A DNA stretch of 63,063 nucleotides, counting the filler, from Bigelowiella natans CCMP2755 (Eukaryota; Protista; Cercozoa): NCBI GenBank assembly GCA_000320545.1. It is 9 parts of 9 records of this genome, joined end to end, with 100 filler letters (N's around TTAATTAATTAA, not from the genome) between each part and the next. Parts side by side here need not be neighbours in the genome. Positions count along the whole stretch, not along the records: positions 1 to 16,230 come from ADNK01001864.1; positions 16,331 to 19,111 come from ADNK01000942.1; positions 19,212 to 21,381 come from ADNK01001756.1; positions 21,482 to 29,815 come from ADNK01003562.1; 5 more parts are not named here. The stretch is one strand, 5' to 3'. Position 1 is the stretch's first letter. Each line of letters begins with the position of its first letter. A program made the position numbers and the translations under genes. The notes beneath the pieces are model-generated. The model did no database searches. It saw only the letters and a program-made list of their open reading frames with translations, and was not told the DNA's origin. This document shows, one piece after another, positions 14,141-25,621 of the stretch.

Positions 14141-14648
14141 ATTACTACTCGCAGGCCGGCCCAACGACGTCAAGTACAGTTTATGCTGGTGGTGACATTG
14201 AAGACGGTGATATGGGGAGCCCCGATCTATTGTTCTTGTCTGAGTACCGTAACTCTCTTCGCAGCACACAGGTAATTCTGCTCACGTCATATCGTTATTC
14301 CGCCATCAGTTCTGGTGTTTAGTGGTCGCATGAAGATACTGCTTAAAAAAATGTACTTTCCGTGTCAGATTTTGATGGACAAGCCAGCCCTGGACGCAAA
14401 TGTACTTAGGTGAGTACACTTTGCCTCGTAGATGAGATATGCTTTTGCATAAACTCTACCGTCGCAAATTTTATAATGTTTGGCTGTTGTTTTGGTGGTA
14501 TGTTTGGATTCGCTGCGCTTTTCGCTTTCCTGGCTTGCGGTACTGTCGTTAAAGTTCGTCGATGACACTCGCCTCCACGTACGATGATCCTGAGGAAGAT
14601 TTTATTTTTCATCTATATGTGAAGGGATTAGACCCGGCAGGCAGATGA
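12825..14648 (+). CDS. RibD C-terminal / DHFR-fold reductase-like protein, multi-exon
   Basis: Exons: HVTSAV...IK|INESSPESATDFFILNACRAA|ADYVVTTGEILREE|DLAAWRRELG...VVMTNS|SELDFEHPLF|...ISVE|AGPTT...PDLLFLSEY. RAxADxxxTxGxxxRxE and VEAGPT match the RibD reductase fold. Confidence 0.65.
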
Positions 14649-15460
14649 ACAGATGAATGTACAACACCATTTTGTAATAATCGGTTTTACCAAGCTGTTT
14701 GTACTCAGTTATAAAACGTAGCCATGCGCCGGGTTGCTTGTCGAACAATACGCTTTGTTTTTTGCATCACTACGACAGATACAACGTGCATTGTGCTATA
14801 GCTTTCATATAATATGCCTATTGTATGCTTCAGTGCATGCATGGCAGCGTCGGTATATGTATACTATCATGGTTCAAATACGTACCTACGCAGCGTAGCA
14901 CATATTTGCTCGCAATGCTACATGCAGCAGCTTGGAAAATTTAGGACTTTAGCTGAATAGCAAACGAGCGAGCTGTACTCATGGGCTTCATTCCCTATAT
15001 TACTTCATTGGCGATGTGATGCCAGCGCACCGCATGTGTAAATCACAAACGTGCGCGCATAATACTTACATGCCGTCAATTTGCCTAGCGCATGCATCAC
15101 CAAGAGCTAGGGAAGCCCAGCTAGCTGATCATGCCATTGCACAAGTGTGTGCATGTAGCATTGTTGCCTCCACCAACTAGCCAATCTTGTAGGCTCTAAG
15201 CATTATTTAGATTGCACAGCTGTGCGTCACAAAGAGCAGTGCTTGCTCCCTCGTACGTAGCTACCGAAAGCACATGCATGCCTAAGCAGTCATTTGCCCT
15301 TGTACACCTGCTGTGTACATGTTTTCATGCTCTCTAATTTATCACATATAGATAGATTCATTCATCAGCGCTGTTTTTTGAGAAAATTGTGGCAACACTC
15401 GGGTCGTTATCATGTGGTATGGATCACGGTGTCAGCCGGGGGCGAGTTCATTTTTGTTTG

Positions 15461-15496
<36 letters not shown>

Positions 15497-15583
15497 CAAA
15501 TTATAAAATGTATCCACCCTTCCGTAACCATTTATTCTTCATTTGTTGTTGTTTTCGGCGCCAAGTTGCAGCAAGGGAAATGA

Positions 15584-15787
15584 TTATTCCTCTGCCGTAG
15601 ATTCATTGTCATCATCTTCTTCCTCTTCATCATCATCATCGTCCTTATCATCATAATCAGCTTGATCATCGCTCTCGTCGTCTTCGTCATTGTTGTTATC
15701 ATCTACTCCCTCTGCTTGCTCCTCCTCCTCCTCCTCATCTTCCTCAGCAGCATCTACTTGCTGAGCTGGTGCTGGTTTGGTAGACAA
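15584..15787 (-). CDS. Terminal exon of an acidic (D/E-rich) protein, fragment
   Basis: Open D/E-rich frame with mixed codons ending in TAA; upstream exons probably lost at the contig end. Confidence 0.3.
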   Translation of the reverse strand: MSTKPAPAQQVDAAEEDEEEEEEQAEGVDDNNNDEDDESDDQADYDDKDDDDDEEEEDDDNESTAEE

Positions 15788-15996
15788 GAAGAAGAAGAAG
15801 AAGAAGAAGAAGAAGAAACAAACAAACGAAGAAGCATTGGTTCATTATAGCATCAAACTTTGTTTTTCGAGGCATTATTTCAAAACTACAAACGAGATCA
15901 AGTTCGGACAATTGGTGATAATACACCACACACCAAAGATCTACAAAGAAAAGGGGTCCTCTCCCCCTTTAATTTACTGGCTGCTAGTGGTTGCGT

Positions 15997-16041
<45 letters not shown>

Positions 16042-16230
16042 AAAAGAGGGAGGGAGAGATAGAGGGAGAGAGAGAGAGAGAGGCTGTAAAGTGAGGAGTC
16101 AAAACTTACGAAGCTCCTCTGGAATTTCCAGATCCATTTCTTCTTCTTCTTCTTCTTCCTGCTGCCTTCTCAGATTAACCTAAAACATGTCGTATTTATT
16201 ATTCAGTAAGATGTGTTCAAGACGCCTACT

Positions 16231-16330
16231 NNNNNNNNNNNNNNNNNNNNNNNNNNNNNNNNNNNNNNNNNNNNTTAATTAATTAANNNNNNNNNNNNNN
16301 NNNNNNNNNNNNNNNNNNNNNNNNNNNNNN
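16231..16330. other. Artificial contig spacer (N44-TTAATTAATTAA-N44); same spacer at 19112-19211, 21382-21481, 29816-29915, 32012-32111, 41953-42052, 55230-55329, 59867-59966
   Basis: Eight 100-nt N blocks with a six-frame-stop core. Adjacency across them is not biological. Confidence 0.98.
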
Positions 16331-16370
16331 CCCCCCCCCCCCCCCTGTTCCGTTTTACACCTTCCAACAG

Positions 16371-16689
16371 ACTTGCTTAGGGTTCATAGGGCTGTACATC
16401 ATCATCGCTGTCATTCGAGGAAAACTGAGGAACAAAGGGGGCTTCGCAGGTGATATACACTCTGCCAGAACAACGATGACGGCGATGCTACCATGATGAT
16501 AACGATGGAAGTGACGCGAGGTTTATGCAACTCTGGTTCAAAATGATATCTGGCTTTGGTTTGGTCTGATGAATTCGTACACGTTACTATTCCCACACTT
16601 TCGAGTTATGGACCTTGCGTCTGTGTTTCTAATGCTTTTCCTTCCCCCCCCCTCCTCCTCCTTCACCTATGATGCCCCAATGCCTTATG

Positions 16690-16726
<37 letters not shown>

Positions 16727-17122
16727 AATATGGGTGTGTGTGTGTGTGTATTCGCAGGCAAGCTGAGTGGGGTCGCCACGTCGGCCGTTGTGCTCCTCAT
16801 GATAAGCTGCACCTGGGTGCTCTGGATCTCCAAATGCGCGAATCATGTAGTATGCACACGATGAAAGATGGATGATGGAAAGTGCTGGTGCTGGTGATGG
16901 TGATGGTGATGGATGACTTGTGAAGAGGAAGGAGGAATAGCGCAGACTTTTGAGAGATATTCTAGCTCATATCTGCATGTTTAGGAACACACTCCAGACC
17001 ATGTTCTTCATTTGTCTTAACGTCGTCTACCAACCTCCCCTCCCCCCGCAACTACTTCTTTTCAGTTCGACGGGATGACGTATCTGATAGGGCACGTGCG
17101 TGTAGTGAATGTGAAGCCCCAG
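16371..17122 (+). CDS. Fragment of a multi-pass membrane protein, multi-exon
   Basis: In-frame GT-AG exons TCLGFIGLYIIIAVIRGKLRNKGGFA|GKLSGVATSAVVLLMISCTWVLWISKCANH|FDGMTYLIGHVRVVNVKPQ. Confidence 0.35.
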
Positions 17123-18599
17123 GTTGGTGTTCTAACGTTGTTCATCATTCTCGTCATTCCCATCATCATCATTTGCATGCTTCATCATCATCAAATTGTG
17201 TCAACAATTGTCAGCTCCACTATGGGTTCGTCGTTGCGACGCTGGCATCCATCACCGCATTTCTCGCGGTGCTTGTCGAAATATGCAAGCGAGGTAAAGG
17301 AATCTCACACTGCACTCACATCGTAGAACGATGAATCCATATGTACACCATGCTCAAAGCCTCTCCTCCTCTTTGACATGTTCGTCGTAATTAAACAGAC
17401 TTCGGGCCAGGTAGCGGTGGAGGGAGCCCGCCCTCTGCGCAAGGTATCAATTATCAGCCGCTTGCTGTTTGAGGTGGACACAAGTGATCATCGTCTACTT
17501 GCTGCAATAAGCACTGATGTCACCGCCCGACTAGATTATCCACGCAAGTGTTGCTCACCAAGACTAATACCCGATCATAGAACGAATGAGATTAATTGTT
17601 CTTGGCCCAATCACTAGTGTTTATGTATGAATTTATTACGACGTATATGTGTTTACTAACAAGTCGCGTATACGCGCATGCTATGCTAGCATGGCGGGCT
17701 CAAGCCATGTACATGCATGTGCTTCTGCGATGCGGTGTGCGATCGCCACACACAAAACTAGAAAAGGCAAATGGCATGCTAGCACGTTGCACCAAATGCT
17801 GGTGTTCTGGATAGGCAGTGAAGCTAGAAAGGCATAGCTAGACAGCTCTTAAGAGTTCTACAGCTCATGAATCTTCAAAGGTGTATGCTACTAGACTACT
17901 AGACAAACAAAGCGCAGCGACCACTACATGCATCCGGACGTGCATGAATGCACATGTTGTTAGATGCGTGCCATTTTGATGATGTGTGCAATGCTTGCAA
18001 GTATACAAGAATGCTTAATCGTGCACCACATCTAGCACATGCATCGCAATGAGAGCAGCAGCAACGACTAAAGTAGCTCTAAAATTCGATCGCGTGCCAT
18101 TGCACAGCAGCATTCTGCCCTACAGATGGCACGGGTGATGCGTAGTTCACTGCTACCACAAACCTGCCTGCAACGACCCTGTTGTACGTTGATGTTTACA
18201 TGCTTTGGCCACAAGGAGGGCATGCTAGCATGCTGTCGCTGCTGTCATATGTTTTGCGCCCTTCCATGCTTGTCGAGCGTGATATAGGCTGTGCACCCGT
18301 ATCCTGGTCGATTACCCAGCACCAAGTCCCCGCCCATCATGTCGCAGTACAAGCGACTCAAAGGCAGGCCAAAGCCCAGGCCATCGAAAGCGGCTCCGAA
18401 CTGGCGAGAGTACCTGTAAGGGATTTGAAGCCATCAATTGGTCGAGGCCAAGAGCAGAGAGGGTAGAGGCCGGAGTTGTTGTTTTGTGACGTGATCTATC
18501 TCTCAGGTGGTGATCAATTACGTGTAGTTTGCCATCATCGGCGGGGCCGTTGAGTGGAAGAAGCGAAAGCTGTCTGAGTATCTATGCACACAAGCACAA

Positions 18600-18643
<44 letters not shown>

Positions 18644-19311
18644 GTGCGTGTGTGCGTATATATAATATGTATGTGTGTTTGTGTGTTTGTTGTGGTATCA
18701 ACCTCGCAGGCGATACTTCACTCGAAAGCCCAGCTCCTGTATCTCCTATGGCTATTCCAACTGGATCATGGAGGGGGGGGGGGGGGGGGGGGGAGGAGCA
18801 AAACCCCTCCCCACAAAAAAAAAACCCCCAAGGGTCAAATCCAAGGGGAAGGGTTTCGGGGAAGGAAAAAATTACAAAAAAACCCCCCCTAAATATTTAA
18901 ATTTTTTTAAACCCCCCCCCCCCCCCCCCCCCCCCCAACCGAGAAAATAATTTAGAAGACCATTGTGATTTTGAAACGGAGATGCGGAGGGCATAAACCC
19001 GCCCCTTTTTCTTTTGGGTCGGTAACGTAATCTATTTTTTGAAGGGCCTTCTTCTCCCCTTATTAACACCCCACTGCCCGGAAAGGGGGGGGGGGGGGGG
19101 GGATTTGCGTANNNNNNNNNNNNNNNNNNNNNNNNNNNNNNNNNNNNNNNNNNNNTTAATTAATTAANNNNNNNNNNNNNNNNNNNNNNNNNNNNNNNNN
19201 NNNNNNNNNNNAATCGACTTGCGAGAATACATGGTTTATTCAATTGCTCCTTCCCCCGGCCAAGAGATAGGCGGCTGTTTCTCTCTCTTCCCACTCTCTC
19301 GCAATATATAA

Positions 19312-19355
<44 letters not shown>

Positions 19356-19367
19356 TTATATACTCAG

Positions 19368-20011
19368 CGTTTCAGCTAATGGACCAATGGATCGGCAATT
19401 ATCGGCTAAGCCGTATCGATAACCTCCTCAAAGGTAGGTCGTTGTGGTGGTGGTGGTGAGGAGGAGAGGAGGGGGGGGAGGTTTATCGACGTAAACACTA
19501 TGGATATGAGATCACCTACTAATAGCGATGAAGATTAAAGACTGTTATCATTATTATCGTCATCAATATCATCATCGTATTTTTCCTTTCTTTCTTCCCC
19601 CCCCCCCTCCCAAAACAAGGGCCGGAAAATCTGATGGCGGTCAGTAAGAAGGCAGGGAAACAGTTCTACATTCGGGCTGTTCAGGGAGTAACGGGTGTTG
19701 GTAGGATGGGTGCCGATGCAGTGCGTTGTGAGTTTTGCATATTATCTTCCTTCTCAAGAGCAACAATATAATGTGTGCGCGTGTGTGTGTATTCATTAGA
19801 ATTTTGCGTGTTTGTGTTTGAAAGCTTCACTTAGACTCCCTCTCCCTCTCTCTCCCTCTCTCTCTCTTTCTTTGTCTCTTCCTCCCTTTCTTCGCTATTA
19901 TCGGTGTTGTCGGGGGTGGGGGGTTAGATGCTCGCGTTTTGCCGATGGAAGCAGTTTCGATTCCGAGAGAGCTTGAACCTCTTCTACGAGTTTCAGGTCA
20001 TATATATGCAC

Positions 20012-20043
<32 letters not shown>

Positions 20044-20233
20044 GTGTGTGTGTGTGTTGTCCATGTGTGGGTTGCTTATCTCTGCTCCTGCAGCCCAAGT
20101 AATTCATTATTCCTATCGAATCATCATCAGGATCTGGTAGGGAAAAGCGCCATCTTGCTCGAGAACATGGGGCACACGCATAATAGCCTCGGAGAAACCG
20201 GTGTGTGTGAGAGAGAGAGAGGGGGGGAGAGAG

Positions 20234-20267
<34 letters not shown>

Positions 20268-20358
20268 ATGTGTGTTGAGATTACCGAATGCGGAGAAGTT
20301 TTATATCGACTAAATGATGATGGTGATAACTAAGAGCTTTGCAGCGGGAGATATGGCG

Positions 20359-20408
<50 letters not shown>

Positions 20409-20694
20409 ATTCTCTCTCTTTGACTTATTTTGTGTAATCGTTTGATGGATATACGTAGAGAAAGCAGAGCAATGCTTCGAGGAGGCCTTAGATCGACTCT
20501 CGAAAGGCGATAAAGGTGGCAAGGGATTTTCTTTCTTTTCATGGAAACCCACCGTTTCATCGTTATCATTATCATCATCATCATCATCATCATCATCAGG
20601 GAACAAGGGGGGACTGTTGATGGGGCTCGGAGTAGTTAAGAAGGTTTCAGAGACAACAACAACAACAACAATAATAATAATGATAATGATGACG

Positions 20695-20729
<35 letters not shown>

Positions 20730-20982
20730 TGGGAGCGACGGCTACGATGCAATGTGCCATGATGACGACACTACCCGATTTGGCTGCTACTACAATTGAT
20801 ACCACCTCCCCCCTTCTCCCCTTTTCCCTGCGTTTCTTTCCTGGTCCTCCCCTTGCGGTCATCATCACCATTATCATCATCATCATCATCATCGAGATTA
20901 TCATCCTGCACATGATCATCAGGGCCGAGGGGACTTCAAAGGTTCAGCGAGATTGCTGTACCAGGCCCTCAAGTTCTACTCG
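19368..20982 (+). CDS. Tetratricopeptide-repeat protein, internal fragment, multi-exon
   Basis: Exons give SAILLENMGHTHNSLGET|EKAEQCFEEALD and GGLLMGLGVVKK|GRGDFKGSARLLYQALKFY, both TPR consensus-like. Confidence 0.7.
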
Positions 20983-21759
20983 GTAGTGCGTACATAACTA
21001 CATTGTAGTAGGTGTAGTAGTAGTAGTAGTAGTAGTAGTAGTAATGGGAGGAGGAGGAGGAGGAGGAGGAGGAGGAGGATGAAGATGATGCTACTTGCCG
21101 TTCTGAAATATTGCAGGCGAGAAGCAGGAAGAATGTTGAGTAAAGACATAATTGTTTCTCTCTATCCCTTACTGTACTAACCAGAGTTCTCTAAAAAACG
21201 GTAGTGACGGGAAATATAACAAACCGCAACAGTTATCATTACTACCGGTGACCTTCCCCTCTGCAAAAATGAAGGGAGGAGGGGCAGCCCCCCCTCCTCT
21301 CCTCCTCCTCTTCCTTCTTTATCTGTCATTCTTTGCTGGATAAAATAGTACAAAACAATGAGAAACCTTGCATTAAAATATNNNNNNNNNNNNNNNNNNN
21401 NNNNNNNNNNNNNNNNNNNNNNNNNTTAATTAATTAANNNNNNNNNNNNNNNNNNNNNNNNNNNNNNNNNNNNNNNNNNNNGACGCTTATACGGATTGGA
21501 AGAACACAGAAAGACATCGTGAAATGTTGAACAGAAATTCATTTTGGCAAGGAAAGCAGGTAGCGAAATGGGCTGGAGCAGCAGCTTTCATGGACAAGAT
21601 ATTGATAATTGAGCATCTTTAGATAATTGTTTTGATGATTCAACTACATGGGGGGGGGGAAGGCGGAGAGAATCGTGTTGACAACTTGCTCCCCTGTACC
21701 TAATATATCGTACTTTCGACCCACTTACGCGACCGCCCCCACCGCCCCTCCTTTCTCAG

Positions 21760-22862
21760 GTTGCGGCATTGGAGCGTATTGCTTCCACTCCAACGCCAGT
21801 CATTCTCGACCCAGTGGGATTTGGTGCGACATCTTATCGCAACGAAGCAATCTCCGACTTTCTTAGCTCCGTGAAAAGGTAGGAGGGGGTTCATATCTCT
21901 TGCAGCGATACAACATAAATGTAAATACTACCGTTTTTGGATGTTAATGCTACACGAAGGAAGGCGGCCATTCTCGAAAATAACAGCGTGGATTTGTTGA
22001 TATCGTGACCATAAACATGTAGGCTTACGGTTATCAAGGGAAATGCCAACGAGATTTGTGGCCTAGGTGTCATTCTTGCATCATTTATCTTCATCGAATT
22101 TATGAGTAAGACCTAAAGGCAATCTTTTAGCTGGATACCAGGGTAAGGGGCAAGGAGTTGACAGTGATGCTTCCACTGCCATAGCCATCGAACCAGCGAA
22201 GACTCTCGCCAATACGCATGAGTACGTTCATCTAGACCACCTTAGCTGCTCAGCACTTCGGATAAAATATTAACCTCAAGCCGTGAAAATATTCTTGAAT
22301 ATATATATTAATATAGTTTATATATACATGTGTATAAACATCCTCTATGTTACAACAACAAAATTCCAAAGTCTTTGCCATGCCTGCACCCTACACTCCA
22401 GGTGTGTAGTCGGGATTAGTGGCGACACGGACATTGTCGTAAGCGCTGATGGAAAGAAGGCGATTAAGGCGAGTTTTAATACCCAGCGTTAGCCCCGAAT
22501 ATATACGCAATGAAAATCCTCTGACACCCAACTCTTCGCGTGGTATTCCAAAGGTTGTAGGCGATGTTCCCATGATGGCTCAGATCACAGGAACAGGGTG
22601 CTCTTTGGGAGCGTTAGTAGCAGCAAGCGTTGGGGCGAATATCGATGAAACACCCGAAGGACAAAATGAAAGCTCCTCCGCATTTTATGGCGCCTTGGCT
22701 GCACATTCGATGTTCACAGCAGCGGCAGTAAGGGCGAGTGCGAGGACTGACGTTCGGGGGCCTGGAGGGCTCAGCATAGCGTTAATGGACGAGCTCGCTC
22801 AACTTGCAGGAGATCCGGTGGCTGTGATGGAAGCTGTAGAATTACACGAATGCGCGGTGTAA
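21760..22862 (+). CDS. thiM: Hydroxyethylthiazole kinase, multi-exon, 5' part missing
   Basis: PVILDPVGFGATSYR, TVIKGNANEI, GQGVDS, VVGISGDTDIV, MMAQITGTGCSLGALVAA and RGPG motifs. Confidence 0.9.
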
Positions 22863-22866
22863 GAGT

Positions 22867-23018
22867 GTGTGATGTGTAAGTAATAATAATAATAATTATT
22901 ATAACTGCCAATGGCAGTGTGTGTGCAAGGCACACCTCGCAAAGCGATGCGACTGTAACTTGTGATGCTATCATTAGCGGTTATAATAATTATTATTATT
23001 ATTACTTACACATCACAC
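22867..23018. repeat. Perfect 39-bp inverted repeat at the putative virophage terminus
   Basis: 22867-22905 (gtgtgatgtgtaagtaataataataataattattataac) is the exact reverse complement of 22980-23018. The spacer holds three small hairpins. Confidence 0.95.
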
Positions 23019-23146
23019 CGCAAAGCGATGCGACTATGTTATGCGACAGCATTATGCGACTGTATCATTATGCTGTATCATATTACATCATTACACTTAT
23101 GTTTCCAAGGGGTGTTTTTCAGGGGAGGGGGTATATATATATGAGT

Positions 23147-23217
<71 letters not shown>

Positions 23218-23500
23218 AAAAAAAAAAGTTAGTTTTTTTAAAGTACCTATAATCTCTCATTATCAATAAAATGAATGAGGTTAAGAAAAAACACTAATTA
23301 AAGTGGGGTCTGAAAAAAAATGAAGAAGCATACGATGTCATTATGTGCTATGTGCCGTGCCGTGCTGTGTGCTGTGCTATGTATGTATGTATGTTGCGAG
23401 GCGATATGTGATGCTATGCGACTGCTATGGGACTGCTATGCATGTTGCGATGATGGCATGTGCATAAAGCGAAGCAAAAGGATTTTAGCAAAGTTTATCA

Positions 23501-23974
23501 TCACATAGTCAACAACTTCTCAACATCAGTGTGTCCCCCTATGTCTGCCAAATCAAGCGGAGTCTCACCATTCTCATCCTTCACATTGAGATCCGCTTTT
23601 GCCTTCATCAATTCCTTAGCAATGTCAATGTATCCATATTGACTTACCAAATGCAGTGGAGTCACACCACAATCGTTCTTCGCATTCACATCCGCTTTTT
23701 TTTCAATCAATTTTTTAGCAATGTCAGTGTGTCCTTCATAACTTGCCCAATGAAGCGGAGTCATATCATTCTCACCCTTCGCATTGACATCCGCTTTTTC
23801 CTCTATCAATTTCTTAGCAATATCTGTGTGTCCATCACTACTTGCGAAATGAAGCGGAGTCCTATTGCAATGATCCTTCGCATTGACATTCGCATTTTTG
23901 TCAATCAGTTGTGTAACGAGTTCCAAATTTCCATCCTCACAAGCAGAGATAAGGTCCTGATTCAAATTTTCCAT
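23501..23974 (-). CDS. Ankyrin-repeat protein (157 aa), intronless, within the virophage
   Basis: Tandem 33-aa repeats TPLHxAxxxGHTDIAKKLIExKADVNAK. Confidence 0.95.
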   Translation of the reverse strand: MENLNQDLISACEDGNLELVTQLIDKNANVNAKDHCNRTPLHFASSDGHTDIAKKLIEEKADVNAKGENDMTPLHWASYEGHTDIAKKLIEKKADVNAKNDCGVTPLHLVSQYGYIDIAKELMKAKADLNVKDENGETPLDLADIGGHTDVEKLLTM

Positions 23975-23988
23975 TTTGAGAGGTGGGG

Positions 23989-25104
23989 TTAGGACAACAG
24001 TTTTGCAAAGAAGATATTTTCGGTCCTAGTAAAAATCAACTTACGAAATTGCTTTCTTTTTCGCTTACTAGTCCGTATTTCAACAGGTTCATCGGTCCAC
24101 TTCTCCCTCGGTTTCGGTGTTTTTTTCTCAATTGCTTTTTTGACTATTTCGTTTTCAGCAGGTTTCAGTTGATTCTTGCTGAAAGTTTTGTCTAAAACAC
24201 CTTCCAAAATACATCTTACTGGTCGGTCAGGTAATAATAATATGTTTTCAATTTTATGCGGTTTCAACGAATATCTTATGTCGCCCTCCCTGAAATTGCC
24301 TATTTGTTTCTCTCCTTTGAAATTCACAGGATAATCCAATTTGTATCTCACCTTCCTGCCGACTTCGTATAAATCACAATCACCTCCCTCCTTACAAGGA
24401 ACTTCTCCTGTCTGCTTCAACTTCTTCACCTTAGCATTCTCGTTCAACTTCTTTAATATGTCAGGTAATAACTTTAACCACTGCTTACTTACTTTATCGT
24501 TCTCTAATTCTTTCACCAACTGAGTTTTAATAATAATACTGCCGATACTCTTATTTCGTGCTTCCACATTTGCCTGTTGACTATGCCTTGCAACACCTGC
24601 TCTTCTTAAATATATACCTTTCTCTCTCAAATAATTATCCAATCCTTCTTTAAACTCACTTCCAGCATCTACCTGAAGGATTTTCGGCGGTTTCAATACC
24701 TTGTTCTCGTAATATATCTTGTCTATCGCTTTTCTTACCGCTTCAGCAGTCCTTTTTCGTAGAGGTATAGCATCAGTTTGTTTAGTATAATTATCTACTG
24801 CTACTAATAAATATCTAAACCCTCTATCATTAGGTAGATAGAGCAAGTCCATCTGTCCTCGCTTACCTGGATACCCATAGGCATCGTTGTGGGTTGCTTT
24901 TACTTCAGGGTCTTGCTTTTTCTCCCTGGTCAGTTCATCTACTAAATCCTTACTCTTCTTGCCGATTAAACTTCCCAGTATGGTTGGTTTCTTCTTTCGT
25001 TTGACTATCTTTTTCACTATTTTCTTTTTAGGCATTTCAGTTTCAGTATCAGTGTCATCATCATCACTACTGCTTTCACTACTATAAGGTTCTTTCTCGT
25101 CCAT
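23989..25104 (-). CDS. Retroviral-type (rve) DDE integrase of the Polinton/mavirus kind
   Basis: GQMDLL...YLLVAVDNYTK...LQVDAGSEF...ANVEARN (DD34E); C-terminal YEVGRKVRY...FREGDIRYS. Likely start is MDEKE at 25104. Confidence 0.92.
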   Translation of the reverse strand: MDEKEPYSSESSSDDDDTDTETEMPKKKIVKKIVKRKKKPTILGSLIGKKSKDLVDELTREKKQDPEVKATHNDAYGYPGKRGQMDLLYLPNDRGFRYLLVAVDNYTKQTDAIPLRKRTAEAVRKAIDKIYYENKVLKPPKILQVDAGSEFKEGLDNYLREKGIYLRRAGVARHSQQANVEARNKSIGSIIIKTQLVKELENDKVSKQWLKLLPDILKKLNENAKVKKLKQTGEVPCKEGGDCDLYEVGRKVRYKLDYPVNFKGEKQIGNFREGDIRYSLKPHKIENILLLPDRPVRCILEGVLDKTFSKNQLKPAENEIVKKAIEKKTPKPREKWTDEPVEIRTSKRKRKQFRKLIFTRTENIFFAKLLS

Positions 25105-25144
25105 ATACATAATGTGAGATATAAAATATATGTAGTTTATTTTA

Positions 25145-25339
25145 ATGGATAAAGAAATAGAACGAATGCTCATACACAAGGGATTAACCAAAGGAATAAT
25201 AAGTATGATAGATGAATACCTACATCAAAGTTATTTAGTGTGTTTAACTCATAATTTCCGCAGACTAAACAATAGTCCTAAACTTAAGTTCATCAACAAA
25301 TTAAATTTTAAAAAAAAAATATGTAAATTAATAATATAG
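25145..25339 (+). CDS. Small hypothetical virophage protein (64 aa)
   Basis: ATG ORF divergent from the integrase, with the shared upstream motif (TATGT, 11 nt before ATG). Confidence 0.55.
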   Translation: MDKEIERMLIHKGLTKGIISMIDEYLHQSYLVCLTHNFRRLNNSPKLKFINKLNFKKKICKLII

Positions 25340-25343
25340 GAAT

Positions 25344-25520
25344 ATGATAAAGTTAATATATGAATTAATCGTAAATTTACTGCCTGACAATTTTACAACA
25401 TACAGGAATGATGATGCTGTTGTGGTTTATGACAGGTCAGTGTGGAAGATGGAAAGCAGGGACGATGCTATATTATTGATTAAGAAGAATATATGTAATA
25501 TGTCAATAATAAATTGTTAA
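25344..25520 (+). CDS. Small hypothetical virophage protein (58 aa; below the ORF-track cutoff)
   Basis: MIKLIYELIVNLLPDNFTTYRNDDAVVVYDRSVWKMESRDDAILLIKKNICNMSIINC* fills the gap between the previous ORF and a hairpin. Confidence 0.5.
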   Translation: MIKLIYELIVNLLPDNFTTYRNDDAVVVYDRSVWKMESRDDAILLIKKNICNMSIINC

Positions 25521-25535
25521 TATATATTTTCCTCC

Positions 25536-25588
25536 AATATTGAAATTCAACACTTTAGACACCCTCCAAGGTGTTGAAACACAATATT
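25536..25588. terminator. Intergenic stem-loop, candidate transcript 3'-end signal
   Basis: aatattg..ttcaacac pairs with gtgttgaa..caatatt, immediately after the ORF ending at 25520. Confidence 0.5.
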
Positions 25589-25621
25589 AAATTAAATATA
25601 AAAATATATAGTATAATATAT

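Noticed and set aside
18770-19111. Homopolymer-rich G/C/A stretch with apparent ORFs
   Set aside because: Looks like low-quality sequence after a poly-G tract at a contig end.
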